A stretch of 64,000 nt of DNA from assembly GCA_964628985.1 (NCBI GenBank), contig CAZVNJ010000009.1:66-64065 (forward strand). The letters are read 5' to 3'. The translations under genes and the position numbers were made by a program. Each line of letters begins with the position of its first letter. Positions within the stretch are counted from its first letter, which is position 1. The notes beneath the pieces are model-generated. The model did not search any database. It had not been told where the DNA came from and was given only the letters and a program-made list of their open reading frames with translations. This DNA comes from an uncultured Dehalococcoides sp. GTDB lineage: Bacteria; Chloroflexota; Dehalococcoidia; UBA2979. This document shows, one piece after another, positions 8,772 to 18,467 of this stretch.

Positions 8772-10136
8772 ATGGGATGCACGTCGAGGTGCGCGATGGC
8801 GCTGCCGAGGGACACGGCACCGATGGATGTGGAGGAGCCAAAGCGGCTCCCCCTGCCCACACAGGTCTTTGGACACCGCTTCTACTACGGCTGGTACATC
8901 GTCGGCGTCGCCTTCGTCTCGTCGATGATGTCGATGGGCATCACCGCGTACTCCATGGGCGTCTTCCTCAAGCCCATGACGGATGACCTCGGCTGGTCGC
9001 GCACGGACATCTCTCTCGGCCAGACCCTCACGACCTTCGTCACGGGACTTCTGGGGGCCGCCATCGGACGGCGGATGGACGCACGAGGCGGCCGGGCGCT
9101 GATGGTCGGCGGCGCCGTCATCGGCGGCGCCGGATTCATCGCGCTCGGCCAGGTCCAGGAACTCTGGGAGTACTACCTCGTGCGGTCGGGGCTGGTGGCG
9201 GTCGGCTCGATTGGCATGGGCAACCTCGTCGTGAACGTCGCGCTGTCCAACTGGTTCGTGCGCCGTCGAGGGCGTGCGATCGCCCTCGGTGTGATGGGGA
9301 CCTCTGTCGCGGCACTGGTGCTCCCGACGGTGGCGGACCGGATGATCGACGCTTGGGGGTGGCGGTCGGCGTGGGCGGCGATCGGCGTGGCGGTGTGGGT
9401 CACCGTGATCCCCACAGCCCTGATCGCGATGCGGCGACGGCCCGAGGACTTTGGCCTGCTCCCGGACGGAGACGCGGCCCCCGTCGCCGGCGCGCCCGTC
9501 TCCGCGCGGGTGAGGGCGGACGTGCTCTGGACGCGCCATGCCGCCGCACGGACGCGCACGCTCTGGATGCTGATCGCGACCTTCGGGCTGGCCAGTACGG
9601 GGATGGGGGCACTCCTGCTGCACCTCATCCCCTACATGACCGACGAGGGGTTCACGCGGTCGCAGGCGGCGGGCGCCTTCGGCATGATCGGCATCTCCGG
9701 CCTGCTCTCCAAGCCGCTCTGGGGTGTGGCCATCGACCGCTTTCCGATCCGTCGATGTGCGGCCGCCGAGTTTGTGCTGATGGCGCTGGGGATCACGCTG
9801 ATCCTGGAGTCACACTCCGTGGTGCCGCTGTATGCCTCCGTCTTCACGATGGGACTGGGGATCGGCGGGGTCGTGACGGTACAGGAGGTGGTGTGGGCCG
9901 ACTTCTTCGGCCGCATGAGCCTCGGTACCGTGCGGAGCCTGGCACAGCCATTCACGATCGTGTCGAGCGCGGGCGGGCCGGTGTTCGCCGGCTTCGCGTA
10001 CGACCACTTCGGCTCCTACACGACGGCGTTCCACCTGTTCATCGCGACGTACGTGCTCGCCGCGATCATGATCACCCTGACGCCCGCTCCTCGACGTCCC
10101 GTGCAGGTGGTGCCGGCACCAGCGCCGGCTGGGTGA
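8772..10136 (+). CDS. MFS transporter (OFA/MCT-like); true start probably ATG 8796 or 8823
   Basis: FYYGWYIV, NWFVRRRGRA, RRRPEDFGLLPDG; about 12 TM. Confidence 0.88.
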   Translation: MGCTSRCAMALPRDTAPMDVEEPKRLPLPTQVFGHRFYYGWYIVGVAFVSSMMSMGITAYSMGVFLKPMTDDLGWSRTDISLGQTLTTFVTGLLGAAIGRRMDARGGRALMVGGAVIGGAGFIALGQVQELWEYYLVRSGLVAVGSIGMGNLVVNVALSNWFVRRRGRAIALGVMGTSVAALVLPTVADRMIDAWGWRSAWAAIGVAVWVTVIPTALIAMRRRPEDFGLLPDGDAAPVAGAPVSARVRADVLWTRHAAARTRTLWMLIATFGLASTGMGALLLHLIPYMTDEGFTRSQAAGAFGMIGISGLLSKPLWGVAIDRFPIRRCAAAEFVLMALGITLILESHSVVPLYASVFTMGLGIGGVVTVQEVVWADFFGRMSLGTVRSLAQPFTIVSSAGGPVFAGFAYDHFGSYTTAFHLFIATYVLAAIMITLTPAPRRPVQVVPAPAPAG

Positions 10137-10164
10137 GCCGTCGTCTCCGCCCCCGCGGCGCGCC

Positions 10165-10995
10165 CTACACCCCCGAGGTCCCGCTGAGGCCGTAGCGGTC
10201 GCCCTTCAAGCCTCGGACGGCGAGGTCCACCGCGGCGAGGCGGCGCTGGCCTTGCATCCGGGACTCGCCCTGCATGTACGAGGACCACGCCATGTAGTCG
10301 CCGAGGACGTCCTCGAGATGGCTCGTGTAGCCCTGGATGTCCTGCGCCTTGTTCATGGCGACCTTCGAGATGCGGACGGTCATCGGGTGGTTCTCGGCGA
10401 CGCGGCGGGCGTACGCGTAGGTCTCGCGTTCGAGGTCGGCCGGGTCGAGGACGCGGTTGACCATCCCGTAGTCGTGCGCCTCCTGCGCGGAGAGGAAGCG
10501 GCTCTCGAAGACCAGTTCCTTCGCGCGCTTCACGCCGAGGTCCCACGGCACGGACATGTACTCAATGAAGCCGGGGAGGAAGCGGGCGTCGCGGGCGGCG
10601 AAGACGAGGTCGAGACAACCGGCGAGCATCCACCCGGCGTAGATGCAGTATCCCTCCACCATGGCGATGGTCGGCTTGGGGAAGTTCCGCCAGCGCAGCA
10701 GCAAGTCCAGGTTGTACCGCTTGAACTGGTCGTACCGGTCGATGCCATCGACGGCGCCGAGCGACTCACGGTACGCGGCCCCCTCGGGGGTGCCGAGGTC
10801 GTGCCCCGAGGAGAAGTTGCCTCCGGAACCTCGGACGATGAGGACGCGGATCTCCTTGTCCTGCTCCGCCTGGTCGAACGCCAGCCCGACCTCGTCGAGG
10901 AGACGGTAGGACTGGGCGTTGCGGTACTGGGGGCGGTTGAGCCGGATGGTGGCAATCGGCCCATCCACTTCGTAGGTGATGTCTTCGTACGCCAT
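10165..10995 (-). CDS. Enoyl-CoA hydratase/isomerase family protein
   Basis: IRLNRPQYRNAQ, FSSGHDLG, KPTIAMVEG. Start at MAYEDITY. Confidence 0.88.
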   Translation of the reverse strand: MAYEDITYEVDGPIATIRLNRPQYRNAQSYRLLDEVGLAFDQAEQDKEIRVLIVRGSGGNFSSGHDLGTPEGAAYRESLGAVDGIDRYDQFKRYNLDLLLRWRNFPKPTIAMVEGYCIYAGWMLAGCLDLVFAARDARFLPGFIEYMSVPWDLGVKRAKELVFESRFLSAQEAHDYGMVNRVLDPADLERETYAYARRVAENHPMTVRISKVAMNKAQDIQGYTSHLEDVLGDYMAWSSYMQGESRMQGQRRLAAVDLAVRGLKGDRYGLSGTSGV

Positions 10996-11120
10996 CGTCA
11001 GCCTCCCGCAGTGAATCTGGTTGCTCCGCGCGCAGGGTACGACGGCTGCGGGACCGGCGTGACATGCGGGGCGGAAGGAGTACCGTGGCGGTGCGGTGGG
11101 TACCAATTGAGGGATGAGAC

Positions 11121-11486
11121 ATGACCTTCTCGGAATCAGTCCGCTCTGGATTCCAGAACTACGCAGTGTTCAAGGGCCGGACGGCTCGCAGGACCTTCTG
11201 GTACTGGGTGCTGTTCACGCTGATCCTCGGGCTCATTGCGAGCATCCTGGACAGCATGATGGGAGACACCCGACTTCTGCAGAGCGTCGTGGACCTGGCC
11301 CTGATCGTGCCGAACCTCGCGATCGGCGTCCGACGCCTGCACGACATCGGGAAGTCCTGGAAATGGATCCTGCTGGCGCTCATCCCCGTGCTCGGGTGGA
11401 TCTACCTCATCTACCTCTACATCCAGCCGAGCGAGGGTCCGAACGAGTACGGCGCAGCGCCGGACACCGCTCCAGCCGCGGCGTAG
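11121..11486 (+). CDS. DUF805 family membrane protein
   Basis: FKGRTARRTFW, VRRLHDIGKS, GPNEYG motifs. Confidence 0.9.
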   Translation: MTFSESVRSGFQNYAVFKGRTARRTFWYWVLFTLILGLIASILDSMMGDTRLLQSVVDLALIVPNLAIGVRRLHDIGKSWKWILLALIPVLGWIYLIYLYIQPSEGPNEYGAAPDTAPAAA

Positions 11487-11693
11487 CCGCCTCGCCCGTG
11501 TCGATGGACAGCAGCCGTCACTCGTGAGTGTGGCGGCCGGTTCGTTGTGCGGCGGACATCTCGTTTCATCGTCGCGGCTGCCGCCGCCCTCGTGCGCCCA
11601 CCCCAGCGGGGTCACTCCACCTTGACAGGCCGCGCGAGGCATCGGACGCTCCGCGCCTCGCGGGGGGCTTCCGCTGAGACAGGGGGATCCGAA

Positions 11694-12755
11694 ATGAAGA
11701 CACGTGCCGCCGTCCTCGTTGAGCACGGGCAGCCGCTCGCCGTCGAAGAGGTCGAACTGGGCAACCCGGGCCCGCTCGAGGTCCTGGTGAAGCTGTACGC
11801 CTCGGGTATTTGCCACTCGCAACTCCACCAGATCCACAACCCCGCCCAGCCGCGGCCGGCCCTGCTGGGGCACGAGGCGACGGGAGTCGTCGTCGCGAAG
11901 GGGCGGGACGTCTCGCACGTCAAGGAAGGCGACCGCGTCATGGTGACGTGGGTGCCGCGCGACATCACGCCGGAGACGGCGGCGCTCAAGCGCTCCTCGT
12001 TCGGCTTCCGCGGCGGCCAGCACGAGAACGGTGTCTACACCTGGGCCGAGCACGTCCTCACGCACGAGCAACTCGTGCTGCCGCTGGATGCCAGTGTCCC
12101 GATCGACGTCACGGCGATCATCGGCTGCGCGACCGTCACGGGCGTGGGTGCGGTGATGGGGACCGCTAAGGTGCAGCCGGGCCAGACGGTCGCCGTCTTT
12201 GGTGTCGGCGGTGTCGGGATCAACGTCATCGCGGGCGCCAAGATCGCGCGCGCTGGCAAGGTCATCGCGGTGGACCTGGCGGACGACAAACTCGCCTGGG
12301 CGAAGGAGTTCGGTGCGACCGACGTGGTCAACGGCAAGACCGATGACCCTGTGGCGGCGATCCGGTCGCTGACCGGAGGTGGCGTGGACTTCGCGTTCGA
12401 CGCCATCGGTATGGAGTCCGTGATCAACCAGTGCCTGGAGTCGATCATCCCGGGCGTGCTCGGCGCGCGTCGAGGCGGCACCGCCGTGGTCGTCGGCATC
12501 CCGCAGGGGCCGGTCACGCTGAAGCCTCGGCTGTTCCCGACCGGCGAGCGCCACCTCATCGGCTCGCTGGGCGGCTCCAGTCACCCGATCGAGGACTTCC
12601 CGCAGTACGTCGACTGGTACAAGCAGGGCGCGCTGCCCCTCGAGAAGATGGTGACCAAGGTCTACGAGGGTCTCGACCACATCAACGAGGGCGTGCGCGC
12701 GCTGGAGAAGGGCGAGATCACCGGGCGGTCGATCATGGTGTACGACCGGCCGTAG
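11694..12755 (+). CDS. Zn-dependent alcohol dehydrogenase family protein lacking the structural-Zn loop
   Basis: GICHS, LLGHEATG, IGCATVTG, VFGVGGVG. Confidence 0.88.
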   Translation: MKTRAAVLVEHGQPLAVEEVELGNPGPLEVLVKLYASGICHSQLHQIHNPAQPRPALLGHEATGVVVAKGRDVSHVKEGDRVMVTWVPRDITPETAALKRSSFGFRGGQHENGVYTWAEHVLTHEQLVLPLDASVPIDVTAIIGCATVTGVGAVMGTAKVQPGQTVAVFGVGGVGINVIAGAKIARAGKVIAVDLADDKLAWAKEFGATDVVNGKTDDPVAAIRSLTGGGVDFAFDAIGMESVINQCLESIIPGVLGARRGGTAVVVGIPQGPVTLKPRLFPTGERHLIGSLGGSSHPIEDFPQYVDWYKQGALPLEKMVTKVYEGLDHINEGVRALEKGEITGRSIMVYDRP

Positions 12756-12863
12756 AGGGAGCGCGGATGTCCGCGCGAACCCACCAACATGCGTCCGCAC
12801 CGTCCGAACCCGTCCTGCAGCGGCGGAGATGGATCAATGTGGCGGTCGCCTGGAGGGGTCAAG

Positions 12864-14654
12864 ATGGTTGACGCTGGTCAGCGCGCGAGACTTCTCGTCG
12901 TCCTCACAAGTCCCGAGCACTGGGAGCGCCTTCGCGAACTCGTGCTGCGACTCTGCCTGGGCGGCCAGGGCGACGCTCACCTCGTATTGCCGCGTCGCGT
13001 GAGCGCGGCGAATGGCGACGAAGACGACGAACCGGCCTGGTTCATCGAGGCCGTTGAGTGGCTCGCGGCGCGAGAGGTCTCCGCTGATTGCACGGTGGCC
13101 GTCGGACAGAGTTTCGAGGGGATCGTGCGGACCGCCGTCGCTGGTCCCCAACTTGATTCGCTGCTGCTCAGATGGCCGCCCAGGTCGGGCGGTGCGAGCG
13201 AGCGCGAGGGGATCCGTCAACTGATGGGGCATCCCCCGTGCCGGACCATGCTGCTCCTTGGAGCGGAGTGCGAACTCGATTGGCAGCGCACCGCGAGCAT
13301 CCAGTTGGGAGTGCCGGAGGACGCAGTCGTCCCAGGTCTGGCTGCGCGGATCGCCGCGGGCGATACCGGCGATCCACCGGCTGGCGGTCCAGCTCTGACG
13401 TCCACGGAGAGTGAGGCGTTGCGTGGCGAGCGCATGTCCTGGCGGACGCTGGATGCGATGCAGTCTGAGGACGACCAGCGGCTCGTGGTGGCAGGGATTC
13501 CGCGGATAGGTGTGATCCGGCGTCTGGCCCATCCCGATGTCAGGCCGGAGCGGATGGACGGGCGCCTGAAGCCCCTGCTCGTGGTGAGTGACCCACAGGG
13601 GGTGACGTCCTCCGTGGTCCATCGCCTGGTTTCGTCGCTCTCCGCGATCCTGCCAACTCTGTCCGAGGAACGGAAGGTGCTGACTTACCGGGAACTGCGA
13701 CGTTCCGCGCGGCCGGACAAAGATTTCTACGTGATGATGTCTCTGGCGGCAGGGATCGCAACGCTGGGGCTCATCCTGAACAGTCCCGCGGTGGTCATTG
13801 GGGCAATGCTGGTAGCGCCGCTGATGGCGCCGATCGTGGCATCCGGCCTCGGCGTGATTCAGGGGGACATGCCTCTGCTGAAGCTCTCCGTCCGCACGAT
13901 CTGGGGAGGGACGGCTGCCACCGCTGTGGTGAGCGTGACCCTGGGGTTGCTCACCCCGGGCGCCAAGCTGACGCCGGAAGTGATGGCCCGCGCGCATCCG
14001 AGCCTTCTCGACCTCTTCGTTGCGGTGTTCGCTGGCGCGGCCGCCTCGTACGCGATGTCGCGCGAACGGGTATCAGCCGCGCTGCCCGGGGTGGCTATCG
14101 CGGCTGCCCTCGTCCCTCCCCTATCGAGCGCGGGCGTCGCGCTCTCCCAGGGCGACCTCGAGACAGCGGAGCGCGCGGCGCTCTTGTATTGCGCAAACCT
14201 GTTGGCAATCGCTGGGGCCGCGACTGTGACATTCCTCGGACTGGGCTTCCGACCAGAACCGGAGCGCACGGGGCGTCTTCGGGTTGCTGGTCGCGGCGCG
14301 ATGGGCCTCGGGCTGCTCACCGTCATGGTCGCCGTCCCGCTGATCTGGCTGTCCAATGACGCGATTCGCTCGGCGCGGCTCGAGCAGCGGATCTCTACGC
14401 AAGTGTCCGAGGCCGTTGCCGCGAGCGTCAGCGGCTCATCCGGCGTCGACTTCGACCTGAAGCGCAGGTCTGGTGGTGGTCGAGAACTCACACTCCGTCT
14501 GCGAGTAGACCATCCGCTTACTCAGGAAGAGAGATCTGCACTGCGAGACGCCCTGATGGAGCGCATTGGAGCCTCGACCACAGTGCTGCTTGAGGTTACT
14601 CCGGTGCTCCGACTGACAGCGACCCCGGGCGACTCGGTGAAACCAGCACCCTGA
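12864..14654 (+). CDS. DUF389 (TIGR00341-like) membrane protein with N-terminal soluble domain
   Basis: NSPAVVIGAMLVAPLMAPI, SAALPGVAIAAALVPPL motifs. Confidence 0.82.
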   Translation: MVDAGQRARLLVVLTSPEHWERLRELVLRLCLGGQGDAHLVLPRRVSAANGDEDDEPAWFIEAVEWLAAREVSADCTVAVGQSFEGIVRTAVAGPQLDSLLLRWPPRSGGASEREGIRQLMGHPPCRTMLLLGAECELDWQRTASIQLGVPEDAVVPGLAARIAAGDTGDPPAGGPALTSTESEALRGERMSWRTLDAMQSEDDQRLVVAGIPRIGVIRRLAHPDVRPERMDGRLKPLLVVSDPQGVTSSVVHRLVSSLSAILPTLSEERKVLTYRELRRSARPDKDFYVMMSLAAGIATLGLILNSPAVVIGAMLVAPLMAPIVASGLGVIQGDMPLLKLSVRTIWGGTAATAVVSVTLGLLTPGAKLTPEVMARAHPSLLDLFVAVFAGAAASYAMSRERVSAALPGVAIAAALVPPLSSAGVALSQGDLETAERAALLYCANLLAIAGAATVTFLGLGFRPEPERTGRLRVAGRGAMGLGLLTVMVAVPLIWLSNDAIRSARLEQRISTQVSEAVAASVSGSSGVDFDLKRRSGGGRELTLRLRVDHPLTQEERSALRDALMERIGASTTVLLEVTPVLRLTATPGDSVKPAP

Positions 14655-14716
14655 CCGACACGATGGGTGAGAGTCATCCGAGGCCAGTCGGCCTAATCCT
14701 CAGTTGCCCACCAGCC

Positions 14717-15766
14717 TTACTCCTCGATCGGACCTGAACGGCATCCGGTCACGCCGCCAGCCCACCCAGCCTCGTTGTAGAGGGTGGAGTCGCCGAAGTA
14801 GGCCTCCCAGTCCGCCATGAGCCGGCCGAGGATCGCGAGTTGCGTCGTGCGTACAGCCGGGTCGAAGTAGGCGTACGGGCACACGTGCAAGGGACGGCCG
14901 TTGTTGCCTGAGCCGGTGAGGATTCCGAATTCGACGAGGCCAAGTCCGGCGCTGCCCTGGCTGTTCAGCGGCCCGACCTCTGCAATCACCTGACCGACCG
15001 CCACGCGGTCGCCAGCGCGCACCGTCGGCTTGACGACGTGCTCGAATTCGACCACCACGTAGCAGCGCCCTGCGAGGCCGTCCGGCTTCACCATCACCGA
15101 GACGTCGCCGAGTGTCGGCGTGCTCCAGAGATCCGCAATGCGGTCGACGACGCCGTCGACCGCTGAGCGCACCTTGGTCCCCATCGGCGCGAGGTAGGTG
15201 GGCTGTGGGTTGGGCTTGTCGTTACCGGAAGAGGTGGAGGCGGCAGGGATGACGAAGCCAAACTCTGTATAGACACGATTGAGGAAGAGGGGGCGCGCGA
15301 ACCGAGCGTCGCCGGCGCGACCGGTGGATGCGTCATACGGCGCGAGGTCTATCGGGTGGCGTTTGAGGACGGGCGCGACGCAATCGATGCCGACAGTTTG
15401 CCCGCTGGGGCCGCCCGCCTGGCCGGGCGGCGGAGCCGGAGGGGTGCTGCCTGCACCGGAAGGCGTGTTCGGCGTGGAGCTGAGTGGTGGGCTCGGTGCT
15501 GGGCTCGGTCTCGGGCTCGCTGCGTTCGGTGAGGTGCCCTCGGCGCCCGTCGGGCGTGGGGAGGAGGCGCCGGGTGTGCCGGGAGTGGCAGTGGTGCGGG
15601 CAGCCTCGATGTTGGAGGAGCCGAGGGCTGCGGGGGTGGCGTCTGAGGTGGTGTCCACGGTGGTCGAGACGCCCTCGCTACTGCAGGCGGCGAGCAGCAG
15701 CGCGAGGGCGCCGACGAAGAGGGCGCTCCGGGCGACCGTGGGGCGCGCAGGCGCGCGCGCGGGCAT
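14717..15766 (-). CDS. Lipoprotein with S/T/P/A-rich linker and degenerate M23/LytM-like domain
   Basis: LLAAC lipobox; APMGTKVRSAVDGVV and VRAGDRVAVGQVIAEVG are M23-like, but the Zn-ligand motifs are missing. Confidence 0.65.
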   Translation of the reverse strand: MPARAPARPTVARSALFVGALALLLAACSSEGVSTTVDTTSDATPAALGSSNIEAARTTATPGTPGASSPRPTGAEGTSPNAASPRPSPAPSPPLSSTPNTPSGAGSTPPAPPPGQAGGPSGQTVGIDCVAPVLKRHPIDLAPYDASTGRAGDARFARPLFLNRVYTEFGFVIPAASTSSGNDKPNPQPTYLAPMGTKVRSAVDGVVDRIADLWSTPTLGDVSVMVKPDGLAGRCYVVVEFEHVVKPTVRAGDRVAVGQVIAEVGPLNSQGSAGLGLVEFGILTGSGNNGRPLHVCPYAYFDPAVRTTQLAILGRLMADWEAYFGDSTLYNEAGWAGGVTGCRSGPIEE

Positions 15767-15769
15767 GGG

Positions 15770-16948
15770 CTACGCGCTCGCGTCCTGCGTGCTGCCTCGG
15801 AGGGCCGGAAGCGCCGTGGCGATCGCGAGGAGGATCGCGAGGCCCATGATCGGCGTGCCAACCTGCTTGAGCGGCGCCGACTCCGCGAGCAGGCCGACGA
15901 TGAAGATGGGCAGGCCCACGTTGATCCCGGCGAAGACGAGGTGATCCACGACCGGCGCCACCGGGCGTCGGAAGCGCATGACGAGCGCGAGGATCCCGTT
16001 CGTCATGACGCCGATGAAGATCGAGTGGTCGAGCGCGAGCAGCAGGTGCGTCGGCGGATCGAGCTCTTTCGAGAAGTACTTGCCGATGAGGTAGACAAGG
16101 ATGCCGAGGTTCACGATGAGGAAGACGAGCGCCATGGCGCCGTGGCGGGCTGTGCCGGCAGTCATGAACGACGGCGACATGAGCGGGCCTCGCAGCCGGA
16201 CGATGAGGATCACGAGGCCGATGATCTCGAACGGCAGGCTGAAGGTGACGAGCGGGACGATGTCGGCGAGCAGTCCGATGATGACCAGGATGCCGCCCAG
16301 GAGCGGTAGGCCGATCTGGAACCAGCCTGCGCGCGTGGCTCGTCGGAGCACCGATCCTGGATCGAGGGCCCACTCGATCAGCGCCATGCCGACGGGTACG
16401 AGGAAGCCGACGACCATGGCGGCGGGGTGGGCCTCCGCGGTCGTCTCCGGGATGCCGTCCGAGCCGGCCAGGCGTAGGCCAAGCAGGATGCCGAGGATGG
16501 CGCCGAGGACGGACATCAGGACCGCGGCGAGCATGCCGATGTGCGGGACGCTGAGGGTCCGTCCTCCAGCCTGGCGGACGCACCATCCGAACATCGCGAG
16601 GATGACGAGCCCGACGAGGGTGCCGAGGATGGGGCGCATGACGCCGTAGGTGGTGAGGAAGGCGAGCGCGTAGCCCGCGATGGTGAGCGGGGCGGCGTAG
16701 CCGATGAATCGTGCGAAGCCGGCGTCTGTGCCCGGGGCATCGCCGAGGGCGAACAGCCAGAGGGCGGAGGCGAACACGCCGAGGGTGATCCACCCGAGCG
16801 TGCCGACGTGGACATGGGTGAGGAGGACCTTGCGGTCGAACTCCACTGCATCAATACCGTTGAGGATGCCGATGACGACAGTGACGGTAAAGAGGGCGAG
16901 GGCGGCGGAGAGGAGCAGGCGTACCTGCGCGGCGTGCGGGCTGGCCAT
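15770..16948 (-). CDS. Uncharacterised ~12-TM protein with membrane histidines
   Basis: Highly hydrophobic; HVHVGTLGW, EAHPAAMVVGF and LDHSIFIGVM motifs. Confidence 0.7.
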   Translation of the reverse strand: MASPHAAQVRLLLSAALALFTVTVVIGILNGIDAVEFDRKVLLTHVHVGTLGWITLGVFASALWLFALGDAPGTDAGFARFIGYAAPLTIAGYALAFLTTYGVMRPILGTLVGLVILAMFGWCVRQAGGRTLSVPHIGMLAAVLMSVLGAILGILLGLRLAGSDGIPETTAEAHPAAMVVGFLVPVGMALIEWALDPGSVLRRATRAGWFQIGLPLLGGILVIIGLLADIVPLVTFSLPFEIIGLVILIVRLRGPLMSPSFMTAGTARHGAMALVFLIVNLGILVYLIGKYFSKELDPPTHLLLALDHSIFIGVMTNGILALVMRFRRPVAPVVDHLVFAGINVGLPIFIVGLLAESAPLKQVGTPIMGLAILLAIATALPALRGSTQDASA

Positions 16949-17127
16949 GGGACACCTCGATCGGGCGGGGAGCGTCGGTCAGGCGGCGCGACTATAACGG
17001 ATTGAAATACCGCCGCAACCGGCGGGAGCCGAAACGCCCGTCCGCCGCAGGCCGGCCGCAGATTCGGCAGTCCAGCCGCCGGATTTGCGGCGGGGGTAGT
17101 ATGCGCGCGGCGTGCGAGGAGGTGGCT

Positions 17128-18444
17128 GTGGCGACCGAGACGCCAGTGAGCGGGGCGCCTATCGAGAAGGCGACCCCCGGGCGGCGACCCTACTACGGCT
17201 ATTACATCGTTGGCGGGGCGCTGATCGCGCAGCTGATTTCCACCGGGGCGCAAAACTCCGTGGCCGGTGCGTTCATGTCGCCGATGACGCGAGAACTCGA
17301 CTGGACCCGCGCGGAGTTCACCTACGGGCTCACGGTGAGCCGGTTCGTTGCGGCGGGTGCCGGGATCTTCATTGGCGTGTGGGTGGACAAGTACGGCGGC
17401 CGGCGGCTGATGTTCATCGGTGCGCTGCTGCTCTCACTCACCACGTTCCTGACAGGCTATGTGCACGACATCTGGGAATGGGTATTGCTGCGCGGCCTCG
17501 TCCTGACGCTGGGCGCGTCGATGGTGGGGAACCTCGTCGTCAATGTGACGGTGTCCAAGTGGTGGGTGGAGAAACGTGGACGGATGATCGGGTTCTCCGC
17601 GATGGGAGTGTCCCTCGCGGGTGTGGTGTTCCCGCCTCTGTCCGCGTTCCTGATCGAGGAGTTCGGCTGGCGGATGGCCTGGCATCTGCTTGCGATCCTG
17701 TCGATCGCCCTCGTCGTACCCGTGTCGATGATCATGCGACGAGCGCCGGAGGACTACGGCCTCTTCCCGGACGGACGGAACGCAGAGGAGATGAAGGGCC
17801 GCGCCGGTGCGGTGCAGGCGGCCGACTTCGCCAACTCGTTCACGCGCCGCGAGGCGCTGCGCACGCCAGCGCTCTACCTCATCGTGCTGTCGTTCGGACT
17901 CGGCGGTGTGGGGCTGGGGACCATGCTGCTGCAGACGCTGCCGTTCCTCACGGATCAGGATTACTCCGTGGCCCAGGCAGCGTTTTACACGAGCCTGATG
18001 TCGTTTTTCGCGCTGATCTCGAAGGTGGGCTGGGGCTGGATGGCAGATCGGGTGCCGCCAAACCGGCTCGCCGCGTTCTCCTTCGTGCTCTCCGGCTGTG
18101 CCATCACGGGAGTGGTGTACATGGCTGAGGCGCGCGCGCTCATCCCCCTCGGGATCGCGTTCGCCGCAGTCGGCTGGGGATTCGGAGGCCAGATTCCGCT
18201 GCAGGAGACAATCTGGGGTTCCTACTTCGGGCGTCGCTACCTCGGTTCGGTGCGGAGTGTGGCGATGCCGATCTCGCTGCTGATTGGCGCGGGTGCGCCG
18301 CTGTTCGTGTCCTGGTATTACGACACCGTGGGCAACTACCACGGGGTCTTCCTGGGCATCGGCGGGCTCTGGTTCCTCGCGGCGGGTATCGTGCTGCTCG
18401 TGCGACGTCCGACGAAGCCATCTGCCGCGGTGGCGATGGTGTAG
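17128..18444 (+). CDS. MFS transporter (OFA/MCT-like)
   Basis: YYGYYIV, KWWVEKRGR, RRAPEDYGLFPDG. GTG 17128 follows a GAGGAGG SD. Confidence 0.88.
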   Translation: MATETPVSGAPIEKATPGRRPYYGYYIVGGALIAQLISTGAQNSVAGAFMSPMTRELDWTRAEFTYGLTVSRFVAAGAGIFIGVWVDKYGGRRLMFIGALLLSLTTFLTGYVHDIWEWVLLRGLVLTLGASMVGNLVVNVTVSKWWVEKRGRMIGFSAMGVSLAGVVFPPLSAFLIEEFGWRMAWHLLAILSIALVVPVSMIMRRAPEDYGLFPDGRNAEEMKGRAGAVQAADFANSFTRREALRTPALYLIVLSFGLGGVGLGTMLLQTLPFLTDQDYSVAQAAFYTSLMSFFALISKVGWGWMADRVPPNRLAAFSFVLSGCAITGVVYMAEARALIPLGIAFAAVGWGFGGQIPLQETIWGSYFGRRYLGSVRSVAMPISLLIGAGAPLFVSWYYDTVGNYHGVFLGIGGLWFLAAGIVLLVRRPTKPSAAVAMV

Positions 18445-18467
18445 TTGCTAGCAGATCGAGGTGCGAC

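Noticed and set aside
15770-16948. Direct call as nitric oxide reductase NorB or cytochrome oxidase subunit I
   Set aside because: The binuclear-centre motifs (HxxxY/E and adjacent HH) are missing; kept only as an uncharacterised His-containing membrane protein.
17008-17035. TACC-N16-GCCGAAAC as a sigma28 promoter for the MFS gene
   Set aside because: Spacing is off by one, there is no upstream motif and no functional link; plausible by chance in GC-rich DNA.
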